Below, piece by piece: positions 9,282-13,295 of a DNA stretch of 13,295 nucleotides. A model generated the notes under the pieces. That model did no database searches, was not told where the DNA came from, and saw only the letters and a list, made by a program, of their open reading frames with translations. The position numbers and the translations under genes were made by a program. Location of the stretch: the UHGV virus genome UHGV-0220852. One strand, written 5' to 3'. Position 1 is the first letter of the stretch, and each line of letters starts with the position of its first letter. The DNA comes from a virus.

Positions 9282-9359
9282 TCAATTCTTATTTACTGTG
9301 TTACCCATCCAGCAACCAACAAATAGCCCTAAAGCCGTCCAGAGAATAACGAGCATCAT
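9282..9359 (-). CDS. Candidate 25-aa hydrophobic peptide (MMLVILWTALGLFVGCWMGNTVNKN)
   Basis: Start overlaps the stop of the upstream 102-aa gene (ATGA), suggesting translational coupling; too small for the ORF track. Unproven. Confidence 0.3.
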   Translation of the reverse strand: MMLVILWTALGLFVGCWMGNTVNKN

Positions 9360-9664
9360 TGCATCACCTCACTGTAAGGGTTTAATTCATTCTGATAGGT
9401 CAAGAATACATTCAGCTTCAATAATTGCTCCGGGCTTAAATCAAGTCGGTTGCATTCGCTTGTGATAAATCTCTTGTAGTCTGGGTCTGTTACTTCCAGT
9501 TTGTGAACAAAGTCACCAAGTTTAATTTCGTTGATTATATGCTTGTCAATATACGTTGATGCTTCAAAACAATGCATGAAATAGATATTAAAGCCTGACC
9601 TGTTCAGGTCATTAAGCCAATTCATAGTTTCTTGGTCAACCATAACTTGCATTGAATAATTCAT
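9356..9664 (-). CDS. Hypothetical protein (102 aa)
   Basis: The ORF table extends it to 9697 from a TTG; the ATG at 9664 has an AAGGAG RBS 9 nt upstream and avoids overlap with the structured element, so the shorter form is preferred. Confidence 0.6.
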   Translation of the reverse strand: MNYSMQVMVDQETMNWLNDLNRSGFNIYFMHCFEASTYIDKHIINEIKLGDFVHKLEVTDPDYKRFITSECNRLDLSPEQLLKLNVFLTYQNELNPYSEVMQ

Positions 9665-9684
9665 TTTTAAAATCTCCTTTTTAC

Positions 9685-9806
9685 CAGACCTCCTCAATCG
9701 CTCTGTAACGAGCCAAACAGTCTTTTTCAGGGGTAGCCTGTACAGTGGTATTACCCACCCTAAAATAAGGTAGTTTTTTGCGTTAGAATGCGATTGAGAG
9801 CGTCTG
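9685..9806 (+). repeat. Structured repeat element, copy A (candidate ncRNA/regulatory element)
   Basis: Shares conserved 5' and 3' blocks with copy B; CTCAATCGC (9693-9701) pairs with GCGATTGAG (9790-9798), plus outer CAGAC/GTCTG; G-U wobble implies the + strand folds. Confidence 0.5.
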
Positions 9807-9819
9807 AGAAGCTGTTTTT

Positions 9820-10107
9820 CTAATTTCTCTTAAAGCCTCGGACTTGCATAAGATTTTTTGGTCTGGTATCGGCTCTGTTACCATTTCGATGGATAATTTG
9901 CTTGTTGGATTGATAGCCATGATAAAGAAACCAGACAACATATTTCACGTAGAAAGTATATCGGCCTATATTAAATGTTTTGTTGCCGTAGTCGTCGGTA
10001 ATTATCGTGACTGACTCTCCATCAGACCAGTACAGGGAATCACTGGATTCATCATAGATAAGGTGTTCTGTAAAATATCGTCTAACATCTTCATGCCAAG
10101 GTTTCAT
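9820..10107 (-). CDS. Small HNH endonuclease (HNH_3-like)
   Basis: 95-aa ORF ...YTFYVKYVVWFLYHGYQSNKQIIHRNGNRADTRPKNL... fits the small HNH family; GAGGAGG RBS; start overlaps upstream stop (ATGA). Confidence 0.65.
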   Translation of the reverse strand: MKPWHEDVRRYFTEHLIYDESSDSLYWSDGESVTIITDDYGNKTFNIGRYTFYVKYVVWFLYHGYQSNKQIIHRNGNRADTRPKNLMQVRGFKRN

Positions 10108-10319
10108 AAAACCTCCTCACCCCAATAACCTAATTCAATCTTGTGACGCTCAAACCATTCTGGCCTGACTGCTGTTTTCAGTACTTCATTTGGGCCAATG
10201 GCTTTAATGAAAATATCTTTTGAGTTATGGATGTCACCGAATCCGTTTCCTTTAATCAGGAGGTCGGAGATGTAGCGAATCATTTTATCCGTGTGGTATT
10301 CAAAGGTAACGCATAGCAT
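10104..10319 (-). CDS. Hypothetical protein (71 aa)
   Basis: ORF coupled to both neighbours (TAATG overlap upstream, ATGA overlap downstream). Confidence 0.5.
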   Translation of the reverse strand: MLCVTFEYHTDKMIRYISDLLIKGNGFGDIHNSKDIFIKAIGPNEVLKTAVRPEWFERHKIELGYWGEEVL

Positions 10320-10597
10320 TAAACCCCCATTGCTAACTTGTGAATCTTAATACTCAATAGTCGGGCGATATCAATTTTAAAGTTGTTTAGTCCCTTCAAA
10401 GTATCTAAAGCGTCCTGAGTAATTCGGATGTGTTTACGACCTTTAGAAACTGGATATTTAAGTAAATCCGACTCAGTGACCTCTTTAGCAATTGCAAGCT
10501 GCATAACAGTCTGATGAGGCAAGTTAGTAGCTCGTTTAATTCTGGTAAGCTCGTTAAAAGCTTCCTCTGAAATACGGGTTAATGTGTGTTTATTCAT
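10319..10597 (-). CDS. Putative ribbon-helix-helix (CopG/Arc-like) DNA-binding protein (92 aa)
   Basis: Start moved from 10699 to the ATG at 10597 (GAGGA RBS; TAAAATG junction with upstream gene). N-terminus HTLTRISEEAFNELTRIKRATNLPHQTVMQLAIAK has the strand-helix-turn-helix pattern of RHH repressors; a second RHH-like stretch (KHIRITQDALDTLKGL...IDIARLL) may follow. Confidence 0.5.
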   Translation of the reverse strand: MNKHTLTRISEEAFNELTRIKRATNLPHQTVMQLAIAKEVTESDLLKYPVSKGRKHIRITQDALDTLKGLNNFKIDIARLLSIKIHKLAMGV

Positions 10598-10598
10598 T

Positions 10599-11030
10599 TT
10601 AAAATTCCTCCAAAATATACGGGTCAAACTCAAAGTCTGGTTGCTCGTTTTCCATTGGCTCAATATTACCAACGGCCATATGATGCTCAACAACACCAAT
10701 TAACTTTGCGCACATTACAGCAAGCAAAGCGCAATATTTATCGCTTGGTAATTCATGGCTAAGTCTGGTTGCTTGACGCTGAAGATGATTTGTCACGTTG
10801 GCTGCGTTAATTTCATCAAGATTCTTTAGAATATAAAATAGCTTTCTGTTGTATTTTGGGTGACCTTCACTTCTACAGAATCCGATAATTACTTCGTCAA
10901 TGCCTTTGCGTTCTGCTCTGGTGAACTTGGGTACTTCGTGGCTGGTGGGGGTGTCTGTGTAAGCGTAGGAGTTGTATCTGTTACGTTGTCTCGATGCCTG
11001 AAGCATCGCTCTAAATTCTCTGTCGTTCAT
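10599..11030 (-). CDS. Hypothetical protein (143 aa), first gene of the leftward coupled operon
   Basis: ORF directly downstream of the leftward promoter; acidic C-terminus; no recognisable motif. Confidence 0.6.
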   Translation of the reverse strand: MNDREFRAMLQASRQRNRYNSYAYTDTPTSHEVPKFTRAERKGIDEVIIGFCRSEGHPKYNRKLFYILKNLDEINAANVTNHLQRQATRLSHELPSDKYCALLAVMCAKLIGVVEHHMAVGNIEPMENEQPDFEFDPYILEEF

Positions 11031-11079
11031 TCATAAGCCAGTCCTTATAATTGTTAATTCTCTGTTAACCATATATACA

Positions 11080-11108
11080 ATACTAGCATTTTCAAAGACT
11101 AATGTCAA
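11080..11108 (-). promoter_or_regulatory. Sigma70-type promoter reading leftward (TTGACA-17-TAGTAT)
   Basis: -35 at 11108-11103 and -10 at 11085-11080 on the minus strand, ~50 nt upstream of the 143-aa gene. Confidence 0.5.
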
Positions 11109-11114
11109 GTATTT

Positions 11115-11144
11115 TTAACATTTTATTAACATCTATGGTATAAT
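11115..11144 (+). promoter_or_regulatory. Sigma70-type promoter reading rightward with extended -10 (TTAACA-18-TGgTATAAT)
   Basis: -35 at 11115-11120, TG at 11136-11137, TATAAT at 11139-11144; sits back-to-back with the leftward promoter, -35 elements 6 bp apart. Confidence 0.55.
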
Positions 11145-11214
11145 GGTTCTATGAGAGAGGGAAAAATAGAAAAGGCGTGGCTATGAGAATGGTCACATGG
11201 TATTGCATTGCACA

Positions 11215-11313
11215 CAGACCTCTTCAATCGCCCTGTAACGAGTTAAATGGCCTCTTCAGGTCAACTCATAAGGTCAGATACTTTTTGTGTCAGGATGCGA
11301 TTGAGAGCGTCTT
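11215..11313 (+). repeat. Structured repeat element, copy B, in the 5' leader of the rightward transcript
   Basis: Same conserved ends as copy A; TTCAATCGC (11223-11231) pairs with GCGATTGAG (11297-11305), including a T-G wobble; begins ~65 nt after the predicted start site and ends 13 nt before the start codon of the small ORF. Confidence 0.5.
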
Positions 11314-11326
11314 ACAAGGAAATTTA

Positions 11327-11515
11327 ATGGTAAATCTCCCTCCTGAACTGGGGTCACCTGATGTATGGGCTGGTGGAGGTGTTGGGCTGATTGCAGGCTT
11401 ACTACTTCGCTATTTCATCGTCAGGGTGTTTATCGTGTTTCGGTTGTTTGGTCGTGAATGGTCGTTTGACCTCAAGGACAGGACCAGAACAGACAACCAC
11501 ACAGAACCCCGTTAA
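11327..11515 (+). CDS. Candidate small single-pass membrane protein (62 aa)
   Basis: ATG with AAGGA RBS 6 nt upstream; MVNLPPELGSPDVWAGGGVGLIAGLLLRYFIVRVFIVFRLFGREWSFDLKDRTRTDNHTEPR has one hydrophobic helix and a charged tail. The ORF table's 112-aa version starts inside element B and is probably over-extended. Confidence 0.45.
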   Translation: MVNLPPELGSPDVWAGGGVGLIAGLLLRYFIVRVFIVFRLFGREWSFDLKDRTRTDNHTEPR

Positions 11516-11629
11516 ACTCCCTTCAAAACCCCCTGTACGTGATGGTATAGGGGTATCTTTAGCATTTTGTGCTATCTATTAAAAAATAGCTTGACAGAAC
11601 CGGAAAGCTGTATCTATCAAGCATTCACC

Positions 11630-11806
11630 TCTCTGACAGTAACCTCTAAAAGTTCTTATTTTTCAATAAATTGTAATTAGCCATATATAGAGAACTGACA
11701 AGTCTCTTCACAATTAACTCTGTAACCTTAACAGTGATTTCTAAAAATACTTATTTTTCAATAAGTTGTAATTAGCCAATATAAAGGACTGACAAGACCC
11801 TCCACA
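11630..11806. repeat. Tandem direct repeat, two copies, ~95-bp period
   Basis: Copy 1 ~11630-11711 and copy 2 ~11725-11806 share a near-identical core CTTATTTTTCAATAA[A/G]TTGTAATTAGCCA and ACTGACAAG; no ORF. Confidence 0.7.
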
Positions 11807-11835
11807 GAGAACTTCCTGGACTCACTAAGATACAA

Positions 11836-11861
11836 GGCGATAACCCCAGAAAGGGAGAGCC
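11836..11861. repeat. Two-tier GC hairpin, copy 1 of a hairpin repeat (copy 2 at 12049-12082); possible terminator
   Basis: GGC-gataa-CCC-cagaaa-GGG-aga-GCC; shares the core TAACCCCAGA[A/C]AGGG with copy 2, while the outer stem differs in sequence but still pairs. Confidence 0.3.
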
Positions 11862-12048
11862 ACCTTCTAATTGGTATTGTTATGAGGATGCTTCATCCGA
11901 ATCATCTACCAATCCCTAAACCGACTTCTTAAACAATCTTTACAGACCCCGTTCACCAGTCTCAATATTTTATTTCTCGCTCTTCGTTTGTTGCTCGTTT
12001 CTATTATTGAGGGGGTTTGAAAAACCTCTGTAAAATAACCCTTCCAGT

Positions 12049-12082
12049 AAAAAGCGAATAACCCCAGACAGGGGAAATCGCC
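12049..12082 (-). terminator. Candidate intrinsic terminator downstream of the methyltransferase gene
   Basis: On the minus strand: GCGA/TCGC outer stem, CCCC/GGGG inner stem, then TTTTT (A5 at 12049-12053 on +); lies 40 nt after the methyltransferase stop. Confidence 0.45.
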
Positions 12083-12121
12083 TCTTTAACATTCTCATAA
12101 TCAGTACTCTATATGAGAATC

Positions 12122-12790
12122 TTAGCCCAACCTTTGAACAATCCTGTAAGTGGTGCTTAGAGGCATTCTTAGCGATTCTGCGATGCTCTTGATGGATTGC
12201 CCTTGGTCATACATTTTAATCAACCTGTCAAGCGTCTGTGCATCGTGTATATGAGGTCTTCCACGTAAACCACCCCTGTTAACCACGGCAAGTAAAAGCA
12301 TTGTGTCACCACAATAGATTGTCTGGGTAACTTCAACTTTCGGTTTGCGGGGTGTGTTCCTGTATATCAAAACGCAACTTGGAAACGGTGAACGCGCTGC
12401 AACACCTTTCTTCCCTGCTGGTGGAAGGTATTTGACTGCTCGGTGTAACGTTCGAATCTCATGCAGAAAGGGGTTTGTATATACACATCGAAGCCAGTAA
12501 GTTGTCTTTGACCTGTGCGGAACCAGACATACACACACATCAGCTTCAGGGGCTTTTGAGAGGAACCGTTCAGCCATGCTAAACGGCGGGTTACAGAAGA
12601 CCCGTTCACCAACCCATGATTGACGGCTTATATCATCGGTGAACCGTGGCAACAATGCGTCATGCTCAGTTGCAGCACCATCCATTGAGAAACTAAATTC
12701 TCGGTGTAGGTTACGAAATAAACGATACGGTGTACGCCAGTCATCAGAACCACCATGATAACGACCGACATTGATTATTGGATGTGACAC
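12122..12790 (-). CDS. Phage-type DNA N6-adenine methyltransferase (Dam family) with C-terminal resolvase-type HTH extension
   Basis: 222-aa ORF (GTG start): ...SDDWRTPYRLF...MDGAATEHDA...WVGERVFCNPPFS...VCLVPHRSKTTYW... matches the small phage Dam family; the last ~50 residues GRPHIHDAQTLDRLIKMYDQGQSIKSIAESLRMPLSTTYRIV resemble the HTH of Hin/resolvase-type recombinases. Confidence 0.8.
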   Translation of the reverse strand: MSHPIINVGRYHGGSDDWRTPYRLFRNLHREFSFSMDGAATEHDALLPRFTDDISRQSWVGERVFCNPPFSMAERFLSKAPEADVCVCLVPHRSKTTYWLRCVYTNPFLHEIRTLHRAVKYLPPAGKKGVAARSPFPSCVLIYRNTPRKPKVEVTQTIYCGDTMLLLAVVNRGGLRGRPHIHDAQTLDRLIKMYDQGQSIKSIAESLRMPLSTTYRIVQRLG

Positions 12791-13295
12791 AAGCGAAGCG
12801 CCCTCTTAGTATATTTCTTAATCATCTCTTTAGCATTTAGTGCTTTTTGTTAAGTTTAGCACTTTTTGCTAAAGACAAAACACTTGACAAAATGGTAAGA
12901 TTGTTCACATAGCCCTTACTTAACAGACTTTTAAGAGACTTTGAAACGACCTACTTAACAAGGTCACTACCTCTGGTCTTATCACTCCCTCTTGGTAGTT
13001 CTGTTAATAATTTTTCAGTTCTCTCTTAAGACAACTGTTAAGACAGAACCTACCTTCGGTTTTCATGGTTCTCTTCCCCCGTTAAACAGTCCTTCCTAGC
13101 AACTTCATAGTTATCTGTCAAGTGCCTTTGAAGATTCTATCAAGACCTCTGAAGCTGACCTGATATAGATGCTGTGAAGGCATATTCTCTAGGTCTGTGT
13201 AGCTTACTTAGTGGGAAGAGAGGGATATAGTGACCATAGGGGAACCCCTCCTGTTAAAAAGACTACTTAGAAGTCTGAGACTTTAGTAAAATCTG

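Noticed and set aside
9820-10107. Antisense 41-aa ORF (MDNLLVGLIAMIKK...) opposite the HNH gene, downstream of element A on the + strand
   Set aside because: No RBS and it lies entirely antisense to a supported gene; considered only because copy B is followed by a real-looking small ORF.
9356-10699. Longer start sites for ORFs 9356-9697 and 10319-10699
   Set aside because: The extended versions start at a TTG or an upstream ATG without an RBS and overlap neighbouring features; downstream ATGs at 9664 and 10597 have strong RBSs and give clean gene junctions.
9685-11313. Elements A and B as integron attC sites, a retron msr-msd or ERIC/REP repeats
   Set aside because: No integron integrase or reverse transcriptase is present; the ends do not fit the attC core sites (RYYYAAC/GTTRRRY); I see no ERIC core. 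Kept as an unclassified structured repeat.
11177-11582. 112-aa ORF 11177-11515 as called, and overlapping 63-aa ORF 11391-11582
   Set aside because: The 5' 150 nt of the 112-aa ORF coincide with structured element B and have no RBS; the internal ATG at 11327 with an AAGGA RBS is preferred. The 63-aa ORF is an alternative frame with no support.
11630-11806. CRISPR array
   Set aside because: Only two copies of a ~95-bp unit with no short regular repeat-spacer pattern; no cas genes.
12367-12612. 81-aa minus-strand ORF inside the methyltransferase gene
   Set aside because: Alternative frame of the Dam-family gene.

Overview
This window reads as an enterobacterial (Escherichia/Shigella-like, by inference from the IS and the yecE-like gene) chromosomal hotspot where several mobile elements have inserted into a DUF72/yecE-like gene. 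Left to right: (1) a partial IS3-family insertion sequence (IS600-like) on the minus strand, 1 to ~1189, with OrfA, the 5' part of OrfB and an A7G frameshift site; (2) a phage-type tyrosine integrase (1331-2395) whose frame stays open up to the IS end, so it is probably IS-truncated; (3) a ~400-bp internal fragment of a yecE-like gene (2422-2823); (4) from 2876 to the window end, an integrated element of uncertain type that begins with a 507-aa large serine recombinase. That element carries minus-strand genes for a 257-aa protein, a 691-aa tape-measure-like protein, three small hypotheticals, a coupled operon (143-aa protein, ribbon-helix-helix-like regulator, 71-aa protein, small HNH endonuclease) and a Dam-family N6-adenine methyltransferase with a resolvase-type HTH tail. 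The most unusual content is non-coding: two copies of a ~100-120-nt element whose conserved ends pair into a long helix supported by compensatory changes (9685-9806, 11215-11313), one sitting in the leader of a near-consensus promoter upstream of an unannotated 62-aa membrane protein; a ~1.1-kb ORF-free region with tandem ~95-bp repeats and hairpin repeats; and a strong promoter with a ~320-nt structured leader. No rRNA, tRNA or CRISPR array was seen. All protein calls rest on motif recognition by eye; no database search was run.
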